Below, one piece after another: positions 38,399 to 47,350 of a stretch of 47,547 nt of DNA. The notes beneath the pieces are model-generated. The model made no database searches, was not told the origin of the DNA, and was given only the letters and a program-made list of their open reading frames with translations. Within the stretch, counting starts at the first letter, position 1, and each line of letters begins with the position of its first letter. This DNA is from Planctomycetota bacterium (GTDB lineage Bacteria; Planctomycetota; UBA1135), in the NCBI GenBank assembly GCA_028821845.1, contig JAPKEZ010000001.1, positions 1-47,547 on the forward strand. The letters are read 5' to 3'. The position numbers and the translations under genes were made by a program.

Positions 38399-40528
38399 AT
38401 GACTACCGAGACTCAGTCTGATCTTTCAAAGTCAGAATTTAGCCGTCTTAGTAACATCCGTAACATCGGCATCATGGCTCACATTGATGCTGGTAAGACT
38501 ACTGTTACAGAACGAATTTTATACATTACTGGTATTACTCATAAAATCGGCGAAGTGCACGACGGTGAGGCAACCATGGACTATATGGAGGACGAGCAAA
38601 AGCGTGGTATTACAATTACCTCAGCTGCTACTCAGTGTATGTGGAATGGTACTCAGATCAATATCATCGATACTCCGGGTCACGTGGACTTTACTATTGA
38701 AGTAGAGCGCTCTTTACGCGTACTTGATGGTGCAGTTGCTGTGTTTGATGGCGTGGCTGGTGTAGAAGCTCAGTCAGAAACAGTATGGCGTCAGGCTGAC
38801 CGTTACGGTGTGCCTCGTATTTGTTTCATCAACAAGCTAGACCGCATGGGTGCAGATTTCGATAAAGCGTTCGGCACAATCATCGATCGTCTTGGTGCAA
38901 ACGCGGTACGTTTCCAAATGCCTTTGGGCATCGAAAAAGAGTTCTATGGTCTAGTTGACCTAGTAGAAATGAAAGCCTGGAGATTCACTGAGGGCGATGG
39001 TCCCGGTGTAGAGCCAATGGATATCCCTGCCGAAGAATTAGCCCGCGCCGAAGAATTGCGTGCCGAAATGATTGAGAACATCGTTGAAATTGACGACGAT
39101 ATGACCGAGCGTTTCCTAGATGGCGAAGAATTGTCAGCTGCCGAAATCAAATCATTAGGTCGTCGTGCGACACTCGAAGGTCACGCTGTACCAGTTTTCT
39201 GTGGTTCTGCCCTTCACGATAAGGGTGTTCACCCACTTCTTGATGCGGTTGTTGACTACATGCCAACACCAATCGATAAGGGTGATTTAGTTGGTCACCA
39301 TCCAAAAAATGAAGATCAAAAAGTCCGTCGTTATGCAAATGCCGACATGCCACTTTCTGGTCTAGCGTTTAAGACAATTTCTGACCCCAATGGAGACTTG
39401 ACTTTCGTGCGCGTTTACTCTGGAATCCTCAAGCGTGGCGATGCGGTTTACAACCCGCGTACTCGCAAGAAAGAGCGTGTCGGCCGTTTGATGTTTATGC
39501 ATGCTGACGAGCGCAAGGCAGTCGATGCCGTAAATGCTGGCGAGATTTGCGCGGTTGTTGGACTAAAGCAAGCTATTACTGGTGACACACTCTGTGATGA
39601 AAAAGATCCGGTGGTTCTCGAGTCAATGGTCTTCCCTGAATCGGTTATCTCGATGTCAATCGAGCCTAAGTCCACTGGCGATCGCGACAAGTTGTCAGAG
39701 ATCCTTGGTAAGATTCACCGTCAAGACCCATCATTTCGTGTAATTACCGACGAAGAAACAGAAGAGACTGTCATTTCTGGCATGGGTGAATTGCACCTAG
39801 AAATTATCACTACCCAGATCGGTCGCGATCACGGTGTTCCAGTGAATGTCGGTGCGCCACGTGTTGCATACCGTCAGTCAATTCTTAATGCTGTTGACAT
39901 CGAAGCTAAGCAAATCAAGCAGTCAGGTGGTTCAGGCCAATATGCTGTGGTTAACATCAAGTTCAGTAATTGGGCGCCAGACCCTACTGACGAAGATCAA
40001 GATCAAGATGCTGTCTACAACTTCATTGATAGCATCAAGAGTGGCACCGTTCCTTCGCAGTATATTCCTTCAGTGCGCAAGGGTTGCCAAGCTGCAGCAA
40101 GCACAGGTGGCAAGCTTGGATGGCCTTTCGTTGGTGTACAAGCCGAACTTCACTTTGGTAAGTACCACGATGTTGACTCTAGTGAATTAGCCTTTACTCT
40201 GGCGGCGCAACGCGCGTTCCGTTCTGCTGTAGAGGGTAACTTCCAAGTTCTCGAGCCTATTATGAAGCTAAATGTTTCTGTGCCCGAAGAATTTTTGGGT
40301 GATGTAATCGGCGACTTGAATACGCGTCGTATTGCAATCGAAGACATGTCCCAAGATGGTGCTATTCGCGAGGTTCGCGGTAGAGTGCCTATTGCCGAGA
40401 TGTTTTCTTACGCCGGTACTTTGCGTGGCATGACTCAAGGACGTGGGGCATTCTCCATGGAACCAGACGGATACGACCCTGTTCCTCCGTATGTGCAAGA
40501 AGAACTAGTTAAAGAGCGTCTTAAGTAA
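38399..40528 (+). CDS. fusA: elongation factor G family GTPase (stand-alone copy)
   Basis: G1 [10 protein letters not shown]3 DTPGH and G4 NKLD. Domains II-V are collinear with EF-G. I place the start at ATG 38399 (MTTETQSD), whereas the track start is TTG 38360. No rpsL/rpsG/tuf genes are adjacent. Confidence 0.9.
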   Translation: MTTETQSDLSKSEFSRLSNIRNIGIMAHIDAGKTTVTERILYITGITHKIGEVHDGEATMDYMEDEQKRGITITSAATQCMWNGTQINIIDTPGHVDFTIEVERSLRVLDGAVAVFDGVAGVEAQSETVWRQADRYGVPRICFINKLDRMGADFDKAFGTIIDRLGANAVRFQMPLGIEKEFYGLVDLVEMKAWRFTEGDGPGVEPMDIPAEELARAEELRAEMIENIVEIDDDMTERFLDGEELSAAEIKSLGRRATLEGHAVPVFCGSALHDKGVHPLLDAVVDYMPTPIDKGDLVGHHPKNEDQKVRRYANADMPLSGLAFKTISDPNGDLTFVRVYSGILKRGDAVYNPRTRKKERVGRLMFMHADERKAVDAVNAGEICAVVGLKQAITGDTLCDEKDPVVLESMVFPESVISMSIEPKSTGDRDKLSEILGKIHRQDPSFRVITDEETEETVISGMGELHLEIITTQIGRDHGVPVNVGAPRVAYRQSILNAVDIEAKQIKQSGGSGQYAVVNIKFSNWAPDPTDEDQDQDAVYNFIDSIKSGTVPSQYIPSVRKGCQAAASTGGKLGWPFVGVQAELHFGKYHDVDSSELAFTLAAQRAFRSAVEGNFQVLEPIMKLNVSVPEEFLGDVIGDLNTRRIAIEDMSQDGAIREVRGRVPIAEMFSYAGTLRGMTQGRGAFSMEPDGYDPVPPYVQEELVKERLK

Positions 40529-40546
40529 GTATTTTTTAACTTCTGA

Positions 40547-40588
40547 ATTGGGCTTAACAATTTGATTTGTTAAGCCCAATTTTTTTTG
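40547..40588 (+). terminator. rho-independent terminator after the EF-G gene
   Basis: ATTGGGCTTAACAA-tttgat-TTGTTAAGCCCAAT followed by an 8-T run. Confidence 0.88.
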
Positions 40589-40611
40589 TTTATGTTATTA
40601 TTTGTGCACTT

Positions 40612-42825
40612 ATGTCTGCATCAGCACTTTCCGGTAGCGATTCTAGGATTGCACGCCATCTCGGGTTAAAAGTCCCGACGTACACTTCTCTGCGTAACTT
40701 CATTGACGTAGGCGAGTATCCAATCTTTCTACGTTGCGCCGAACCTATGTTCGCCAAAACTTTTGAGAGCCCTTTTGGCTTCGAGGTTCTGCTCGAACGC
40801 GTTCGCCATGCCGAGGCGGTCGAGCGTCGTCGTGCGAATTTGGTACGCGCGCTGGCGGAAGTCGAACTCGACGAAGAGCTGTCATCCTTGTTGAAGGACA
40901 GCATGAATGAAGCTGTGCTCGAAGACCTGTCGTTGTTGGATAGCCCAAGTGCTGCACCGGAAGGTTTTGTCGCTCCAGAGCGCGAAGTTTTAGGTGAGTT
41001 TGTCGACAGACTACGTGGTGATGTAAAGTTGGCTTTAAAGTTAACCGAGGCATTCGAGAGTGACGGAGTGATTACAATTACGGCTAACCCAAAAGCCAGT
41101 CCAGAAAGCTCACAGCGTTATAAAGAGTTATTAACTGAGGCAGCGTTGTTGTCAGAGTTTGATATCTCTACATACTTGCACTTGCGTCGCGCCGAACGTG
41201 CCCATGAAGTAGTAGTTGAATTTGCTTTACCACTCCATAGTGTGCAAGAACTTTTCGGAGAATGCGCAGAAGTGCCTCCGCAAGAAAGAGAATCTTACCG
41301 CCCGATATTTTTCGACTTCGTTGCAAACGAGCGTGTCACGCGCATGGTGCACCATATACGTGCACGCTTTAAGCGCCAGGCAGAAGACATTGCTTTGCAA
41401 GCTGGCTGGGAGCAAGCAGAGCGGACTATAGATCGTGGTCAGCAACAACACCTGGTCATTGGCTTAAGCGCAATGACAAAAGAAAAAGCGGTTATTGCGC
41501 TAGCGAATGACAAGTCTGGTACACCACGCACATTAGAGATTCAGCACAAAGACGAGAAGTTCGCTGAAAAGATTAAAGAGTTTATTGGTGATGTCCCAAT
41601 TTCGCTGTTAGCCATTCAGGCAGATAGTAGGTCACGCTCTTTCTCTAAACATTTGGTAAAAGCCTTGCCTGGTCCAAAGCCTCGCATGGTGATAATGCCA
41701 ATGTCGGTGGTAAAAACTATGGTGCGCGAAGTTGCACGTCGTCCGCAAGAAGCTTTGCTGGGGCATGATGCTCGCCAGGCTTATTTGTTGGCTGAGTTGG
41801 CTGCAAACCCTCGTGCCGCTGCTTTTCATGCGCCGCATATTGTGCGTGCCTTTGTGCCGTGCCGTGGCGAGATTAATCCGCGCATCCTCGACGAGTTCGA
41901 GAAAACATTTTTACGTGCTTTATTATCAACGCATGGTTTTGATGTGAACGCCGCAAGTGTTGACATATTGAAGTTGGTGCCCGGTCTTAACTCTAAAGAC
42001 TTACTGGCCGAACGTTCTACCGGCCGCTTTATTTCCTTGCAAGATGTTGAATCGCGCCTTGCATGGACACCACAGTCCTTTAAAGCTGCAGCATGCATGA
42101 TGCGAGTACGCGGTGGGGAGAACCCGCTGGATGCCCGTGTGTTGCATCCGCAATATTACTCAGTGTTTAATCAGGCTTTGTCACAGGTAGATTTCGATCT
42201 CAAAGATTTGCTGAAAACCCCGAAGTTGTTTGATCGATTGCCGCTAGCCGAATTGTTGGCAGATAACGAAAATGCCCAGGGCGCAATTATGCGTATTCGC
42301 AATGGCGTGTTGCGATCGAAGCCAAAGCGTTTACGCTTTCAGGGCGGTGCAGCAAAAGGTAATGGCGGGCGCAAGCTCGAAACTTTGCGAGTTGGTGCTA
42401 CGTTCAAAGGTATTGTCAAAACAATCGCCGAGTACGGTGTATTCGTTGAATTTGGTGCAGAGCGCAATGGTTTGGTCCATGTCAGTCAATGTGCTGTCGA
42501 GTACATTAAGCATCCAGAAGAGGTGCTTAATGTTGGGCAAGAAGTTGAAGTGCGCTTAATGGCAGTTGACCTGTCATCGAAGAAAATTCGTTTGAGCATG
42601 CTTACTGAAGAGCAAGAAGCTACGCGTGACGCTCAAAAGAAAGAGCGCTCGGCTGGTCGGGGCAAAGGTGGCTTCAAGGGAGCAGGTAGGGGTAAAGGCA
42701 AGGATGGTAATCGCGGCAAGCGTCGCGACGATTATGGTCCAGACCCGGCGAAGGAGAAGAAAGAAGAGTTTGATCCAACAAACCCGTTCTATAAATTCTT
42801 TAAAGAAAACGAATCTTCTAAGTAA
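40612..42825 (+). CDS. Tex-like protein with C-terminal S1 RNA-binding domain and basic Gly/Lys/Arg tail
   Basis: Clear S1 domain (GATFKGIVKTIAEYGVFVEFGAERNGLVHVSQ...VEVRLMAVDLSSKKIRLSM, about 42381-42600). Overall length and order resemble Tex/YhgF, but the N-terminal and YqgF-like regions are divergent. ATG 40612 is chosen because the track's TTG 40567 lies inside the upstream terminator stem. Confidence 0.6.
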   Translation: MSASALSGSDSRIARHLGLKVPTYTSLRNFIDVGEYPIFLRCAEPMFAKTFESPFGFEVLLERVRHAEAVERRRANLVRALAEVELDEELSSLLKDSMNEAVLEDLSLLDSPSAAPEGFVAPEREVLGEFVDRLRGDVKLALKLTEAFESDGVITITANPKASPESSQRYKELLTEAALLSEFDISTYLHLRRAERAHEVVVEFALPLHSVQELFGECAEVPPQERESYRPIFFDFVANERVTRMVHHIRARFKRQAEDIALQAGWEQAERTIDRGQQQHLVIGLSAMTKEKAVIALANDKSGTPRTLEIQHKDEKFAEKIKEFIGDVPISLLAIQADSRSRSFSKHLVKALPGPKPRMVIMPMSVVKTMVREVARRPQEALLGHDARQAYLLAELAANPRAAAFHAPHIVRAFVPCRGEINPRILDEFEKTFLRALLSTHGFDVNAASVDILKLVPGLNSKDLLAERSTGRFISLQDVESRLAWTPQSFKAAACMMRVRGGENPLDARVLHPQYYSVFNQALSQVDFDLKDLLKTPKLFDRLPLAELLADNENAQGAIMRIRNGVLRSKPKRLRFQGGAAKGNGGRKLETLRVGATFKGIVKTIAEYGVFVEFGAERNGLVHVSQCAVEYIKHPEEVLNVGQEVEVRLMAVDLSSKKIRLSMLTEEQEATRDAQKKERSAGRGKGGFKGAGRGKGKDGNRGKRRDDYGPDPAKEKKEEFDPTNPFYKFFKENESSK

Positions 42826-42834
42826 GCTACAGCT

Positions 42835-43791
42835 TTAACGTTTGCGGCGTAGAATAGCGCGGTCGATTTGCAACTCGTCGAGGTGCGGCTCGATGTCGGC
42901 TAGCCAGCGCTTGCCGTCGACGCCATAGCCTTTAGTCGGCTTAAGGTTAGGGAACTTTTCACACCAGTAATCGTTGAAGCAATCCATCATGCGTTCGCGC
43001 GACTGTTTTGCGGCAAGCGATGCTAAGGCGACAGGCAAGTGAGATAGGTCGGCGCCACTACTGAAGCGTAGCTGTACAGTGCGCTCTGAGAAATGTAAAC
43101 TGTAAGTAGAGCCTCCAGAGTTTTCGCCATGCACTTCTACTTTTTGCGGATTTAACGCTTTGTTAAGAACGTGTCGATAGTCGGTGCGTCCACCGTGTTG
43201 ATCAAGCTCGATGCGTAGTGGGGCATCGCCGGTGATCTCGATAATGTGGCGTACACACTGCATAGCGATCTCGAAATTTGTCGCGCCCTTATTACCAAGC
43301 GTGTCTAATAAATTATTGTACTCGGCAGCCGGGACCACTCGTGCGCCAAAAGCATTAAGGTTGCATCCGGCGTTGTAAAGATCGCGTTGTACTGACGCGG
43401 CATCAAGCTTGCTACGATCTACAGTTGTCGACGGGCAAAAGGGTATCGCCAAGTCTTTGAACCATGGCGCGTAGTGTAAGTCTTTAGTGGTAGGCGCCGG
43501 TTTTTCTGACAGCCAGGTGTCAAGCATGGTGTCGGTATTTAAAATTTGTCTGAAGGCGGCTACAGTTCTTTCTAGGCGTCCGCGACCGAGAGTGCCTTGA
43601 TGAACTTTCTTTGAGTCATTCACCCATAGTCTCCGTTTGTCGGTGCGTGCAGGCTTACGGTCGCAGCTTGTTGCAAGTTCTGCCCACAATTCGGTGTCGA
43701 AGTCTGGTACTCGAAATAGTGAGTAGCCATGCACCAGTGGGCCGACAAAAGGGCCATAGCCAGCCTCGTCAATGCCTGCCAAAAAAACCAT
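42835..43791 (-). CDS. type 2 RNase H (RNase HII)-like protein with a large internal insertion
   Basis: N-terminal GIDEAGYGPFVGPLV (compare GxDEAGRGxxxGP), DSKK, and C-terminal GADLSHLPVALASLAAKQSRERMM (compare ADs....VaAASI.AK..RD) and KGYG. At 318 aa it is ~100 aa longer than RNase HII. The ATG abuts the lgt stop. Confidence 0.55.
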   Translation of the reverse strand: MVFLAGIDEAGYGPFVGPLVHGYSLFRVPDFDTELWAELATSCDRKPARTDKRRLWVNDSKKVHQGTLGRGRLERTVAAFRQILNTDTMLDTWLSEKPAPTTKDLHYAPWFKDLAIPFCPSTTVDRSKLDAASVQRDLYNAGCNLNAFGARVVPAAEYNNLLDTLGNKGATNFEIAMQCVRHIIEITGDAPLRIELDQHGGRTDYRHVLNKALNPQKVEVHGENSGGSTYSLHFSERTVQLRFSSGADLSHLPVALASLAAKQSRERMMDCFNDYWCEKFPNLKPTKGYGVDGKRWLADIEPHLDELQIDRAILRRKR

Positions 43792-44742
43792 TTACTTTTT
43801 AATCTGCAGACTTGGAATCTTGCGCATCCACAGCAGTAACATTAGGCCAATGCTGAACATTACGATGCCAACTATTTGCGAAGTAGACATTAGTAGCTGG
43901 GGAGCCATGTTATCTGCACCGCTTATTAGCAGTTCGCGATATTTTTCGACGTCGGTTATTCTTCCAAGCTCGTTGGCAATGCCGAGCTCTTGCCAATGTG
44001 CAGTTACGTCTTCTGGAGTGTGACCGCTTTTGTAAATGCCACCACGTGCGACCATGTCGAATCTGAAGAATTCGATAATGTATCGCAGGACTGCGTATCC
44101 CATTAATAATATGGCACTAACTTGGCCGTGAAATTTCTTGGTTTTAAGCAGCCACTTGCCGAGAAAGAATAACGAAAAGGCCTTAGCCGACATATACAGC
44201 TGCGTCGGATGCACAGGAACAGTTGATAGCTCGCTTGGGAAAGCCGAACCCTGAGGTAAGGGGTCAGGGAAAGTAATAGCCCAAGGCAAGTCAGTAGGGG
44301 AGCCGAAATCGTCTCCGACCGCAAGGCATCCGAGGCGACCAATAGCTTGCCCTAGGAAGCCCGCAGTGATCCCGTAGTCGAGAGTTTGCCACTTGCACAT
44401 GCCTAGCTGGTTTGCCTTTATCATGCCGAGGGTGATGGCGCCGATGAGACCGCCGTACATCACTAGTCCGCCTTCCCATATTTTCAGGATATCGCCAGGA
44501 TTTGCCATATAGTGCCCGGCATTTACTAGGACGAAGGCAATTCGAGCACCAAGGATGACTCCGATAAGAACCCACCAACTTACATCAGCGAAGTTCTCAG
44601 GGTCGTTCTTGAGATCGCTGCCGTATTTGCCAGCCAGCTTGGATCCGACTGAGACACCAATAAGGAAACCAGTTGCTACCAACAAGCCAAAGGCGCGAAG
44701 GGGGAAATCAACGAAAGGGATAGTGAAGAGTTCAGGCCACAC
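43792..44742 (-). CDS. lgt: prolipoprotein diacylglyceryl transferase
   Basis: Polytopic membrane protein. Contains the GRLGCLAVGDDFG region (compare GR.GNF.NGE..G) and VHPTQLY, plus a C-terminal extension. Confidence 0.85.
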   Translation of the reverse strand: MWPELFTIPFVDFPLRAFGLLVATGFLIGVSVGSKLAGKYGSDLKNDPENFADVSWWVLIGVILGARIAFVLVNAGHYMANPGDILKIWEGGLVMYGGLIGAITLGMIKANQLGMCKWQTLDYGITAGFLGQAIGRLGCLAVGDDFGSPTDLPWAITFPDPLPQGSAFPSELSTVPVHPTQLYMSAKAFSLFFLGKWLLKTKKFHGQVSAILLMGYAVLRYIIEFFRFDMVARGGIYKSGHTPEDVTAHWQELGIANELGRITDVEKYRELLISGADNMAPQLLMSTSQIVGIVMFSIGLMLLLWMRKIPSLQIKK

Positions 44743-44783
44743 GACGATATTCTACCCAAGTTTTGATTACAATAGGACTAGAG

Positions 44784-46559
44784 ATGCACACCTTTCACAT
44801 ACCGGTCATGGGAACAGGATTCACGGTTGACACTCCTTTAAAAGTAGCGCGATTTGGCATTGCTTCAGTAGTATCTCTGGTTGATGACATATTTCTCGAA
44901 CAGGTTCGCAAGAGGATAGCGCTTGATCACAATAGAACATTCGTTGCTATCGACGATTACGAAGAAGATTCGCGAGCTCGGCGTATCACGGCATATCTAG
45001 ATTTGCTGCAAGAACTTATAGCCGAGCAGTTTGATGCGCTACGTAAGTCGTCATTTGAAGATGACGGTGAAATAGTGCGCTATTGCGAGTTGTTGCCTGA
45101 TTGCGAGTTGCGCAATAAGTACCAGCAGATGCTTGATACTGAAAATTCAGATACGCGTCTGCAATTACAAAGTGAAATACGCGCGTCGATTATTCCAGGT
45201 CCGATTGATGTCAACATAATGACAAAACTCGATCGCGACTTTGATCGTCGTGGTGTTGAGTACCCTAAAAATGGTTCCGATGCTTTAAGTGCACTGCGTG
45301 GCTTTATGAACAGCAAGGTTGATGGTGCAGTAGTTTTGTCTGCGGGAATGAATCGCCGGCTATTTAGCTATATAGCTACTTTCGATGCAGCATACCCAGA
45401 CGCAAGCGGTCATGTTGCTAAGCGTATAATTTTGAAAGTTAGTGATTACCGTTCGGCATTGGTGCAGGGGAAAATGTTCGCGAAGAATGGTTTGCATATT
45501 GCTGAATACCGAGTCGAGTCAGGTCTCAATTGCGGAGGACATGCCTTTGGCGGCAAAGGCCAATTGATGGGGCCCGTGCTAAGCGAGTTTCGTGACAACA
45601 AGCAGCAACTGATAAACACATTGCGCGAAATAATTGTCAAGTCACATGAAATTAGCGAACGCAATAATTGTGGTAAACCGCCAGCAGCGAGGATCACAGC
45701 TCAAGGTGGTATTGGTGACTTCGCAGAAGACTCTTTATTGCGTGAAGTTTATTCGGTAGACGGTACCGGTTGGGGGAGCTCATTTTTGTTCGTCCCAGAA
45801 GTCACCAATGTCGACGATAAAAGTTTGGTCAAAATTATTGCCGCAAAGGCTAAAGATATTTTCTTGAGCCCTTCATCCCCCTTGGGCGTCCCTTTCTGGA
45901 CGATGCGCACTTCAGCAAGTGAAGACCGGCGCCGACAGAAAATAATCGATGGTAAGCCAGGCTCCAGTTGTCCTAAAGGATTTTTGGCTGCCGACACTGA
46001 GTTTACGAAAACTCCGATTTGCACGGCAAGCCATGCTTATCAAAAACGCAAACTTAAGCAGGTTAAAGTAGCTGAAATGGCATTTGACGATCATCAGACG
46101 GCCGAGCAGGCAGTGTTTGAGAAGGCGTGTATTTGCCACGATTTAGCAGGAGTGGCAACTATCTCGATGGACATCGACCCGGATGCTCAGGCTTCGGTTT
46201 GTTGCGGGCCCAATGCCGCTTATTTTGAGGGCACAGCCACACTCAAGCAAATGGCCTCCCATATTTACGGACGCCTACGCTTGCCGTTAAACAGCGAGCG
46301 TCCGCATATGTTCATTAACGAGTTGCATTTGAGTCTAGATTTTTTGCGTGGTGACATTGCGAAGTGCCGCGAAAACTTTTCAGAACGCATGATGAAGTCA
46401 GTTAATGATTGTCTGGAAAACCTTGAGAAGGGCGTCGAGCACTATCGCGAGTTGGCGGCTAATAACCTGTCTAAGAGCCATGAATCTTTTCTGCAGGGCC
46501 TTGAGTTAATTCAACAAGAATTGACCGAAATAAAGTCGAAGTCAGCTTCTTTTGTGTAG
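44784..46559 (+). CDS. uncharacterised protein with an NMO/FabK/PfaD-like (FMN TIM-barrel) core and a Cys-rich C-terminal region
   Basis: HIPVMGTGFTVDTPLKVARFGIASVVS resembles the N-terminal strand/helix of nitronate monooxygenase-type enzymes. ESGLNCGGHAFGG (45516-45551) resembles their E(A/S)GGH.G motif. ITAQGGIGD...VDGTGWGSSF (from 45699) resembles AAGGI....GT.F. Cys cluster at 45969-46205. I prefer ATG 44784 over the track's TTG 44763. Confidence 0.55.
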   Translation: MHTFHIPVMGTGFTVDTPLKVARFGIASVVSLVDDIFLEQVRKRIALDHNRTFVAIDDYEEDSRARRITAYLDLLQELIAEQFDALRKSSFEDDGEIVRYCELLPDCELRNKYQQMLDTENSDTRLQLQSEIRASIIPGPIDVNIMTKLDRDFDRRGVEYPKNGSDALSALRGFMNSKVDGAVVLSAGMNRRLFSYIATFDAAYPDASGHVAKRIILKVSDYRSALVQGKMFAKNGLHIAEYRVESGLNCGGHAFGGKGQLMGPVLSEFRDNKQQLINTLREIIVKSHEISERNNCGKPPAARITAQGGIGDFAEDSLLREVYSVDGTGWGSSFLFVPEVTNVDDKSLVKIIAAKAKDIFLSPSSPLGVPFWTMRTSASEDRRRQKIIDGKPGSSCPKGFLAADTEFTKTPICTASHAYQKRKLKQVKVAEMAFDDHQTAEQAVFEKACICHDLAGVATISMDIDPDAQASVCCGPNAAYFEGTATLKQMASHIYGRLRLPLNSERPHMFINELHLSLDFLRGDIAKCRENFSERMMKSVNDCLENLEKGVEHYRELAANNLSKSHESFLQGLELIQQELTEIKSKSASFV

Positions 46560-46561
46560 CT

Positions 46562-47350
46562 GTGAGCGAGCAACCACATCAGTTTCCGGGTAGCCCACAA
46601 CGATATTTGTTTGAAGGGCGTTACCGCAAGTTGGTGCGCGGTCTGCCGCAGACCATACTCTTCTGTCCTGAGTGCAAAGGGCGTGGCTGCGATCATTGCG
46701 AAGGCTTCGGTCGGCTGGTGCGAGACTCGGTGCAAGATCTAATCGCTCGCGTCGCAATGCCACGGTTTAAGGCGCGCCGCAACAAATTTCATGGCGCGGG
46801 GCGTGAAGATATCGACGTCCTAATGCTTGGCAACGGTCGTCCTTTCGTTTTTGAAATGACTAAGGTGAAGCGCGAGGACATCGACCTCGAAGAATTGTCC
46901 GTCGCAATTAACGAGCGTTCAGAAGGCCGAATAGAGGTTTTTGATCTTAAACCGTGTGCGCGTGAGCGAGTGGCAGAAATCAAACAAGCAACTTGCGAAA
47001 AAGAATATCTAGCGCGCATCGAGTTTAGTGATAGCGACTTGGATTTCACTGCCATCGATGAAAAGCTCGATTCCATCAAAGAGGGTGGCCGCTGGGTTTT
47101 GGCGCAGGGCACTCCGACTCGGGTGATGCATCGTCGCGGTAAAGATATCGTGCGCGAACGTTGGCTAGAGTTGCTATCGTACGAAGCAGATGGCGATGCA
47201 CGGTTGTTGAAATTGCGTTCTCAGCATGGCACTTACATCAAAGAAGCTATTTCTTCTGATGATGGTCGCACTAAAGACTCATTCACTGAGTTGCTCGGAG
47301 TTGCGTGCGTGTGCGCTGAACTAGATGTACTTGGCGTATTTTTAGATTAA
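46562..47350 (+). CDS. Pus10-like pseudouridine synthase catalytic domain protein (no THUMP domain)
   Basis: GRYRKLVRGLPQT, a CPECKGRGCDHC zinc knuckle, FHGAGREDIDVLMLGNGRPFVFE (putative catalytic Asp at 46808-46810) and GTYIKEAISSDDGRTKDSFTELLG all match Pus10 hallmark motifs as I recall them. The GTG start lies 3 nt after the upstream stop. Confidence 0.7.
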   Translation: MSEQPHQFPGSPQRYLFEGRYRKLVRGLPQTILFCPECKGRGCDHCEGFGRLVRDSVQDLIARVAMPRFKARRNKFHGAGREDIDVLMLGNGRPFVFEMTKVKREDIDLEELSVAINERSEGRIEVFDLKPCARERVAEIKQATCEKEYLARIEFSDSDLDFTAIDEKLDSIKEGGRWVLAQGTPTRVMHRRGKDIVRERWLELLSYEADGDARLLKLRSQHGTYIKEAISSDDGRTKDSFTELLGVACVCAELDVLGVFLD

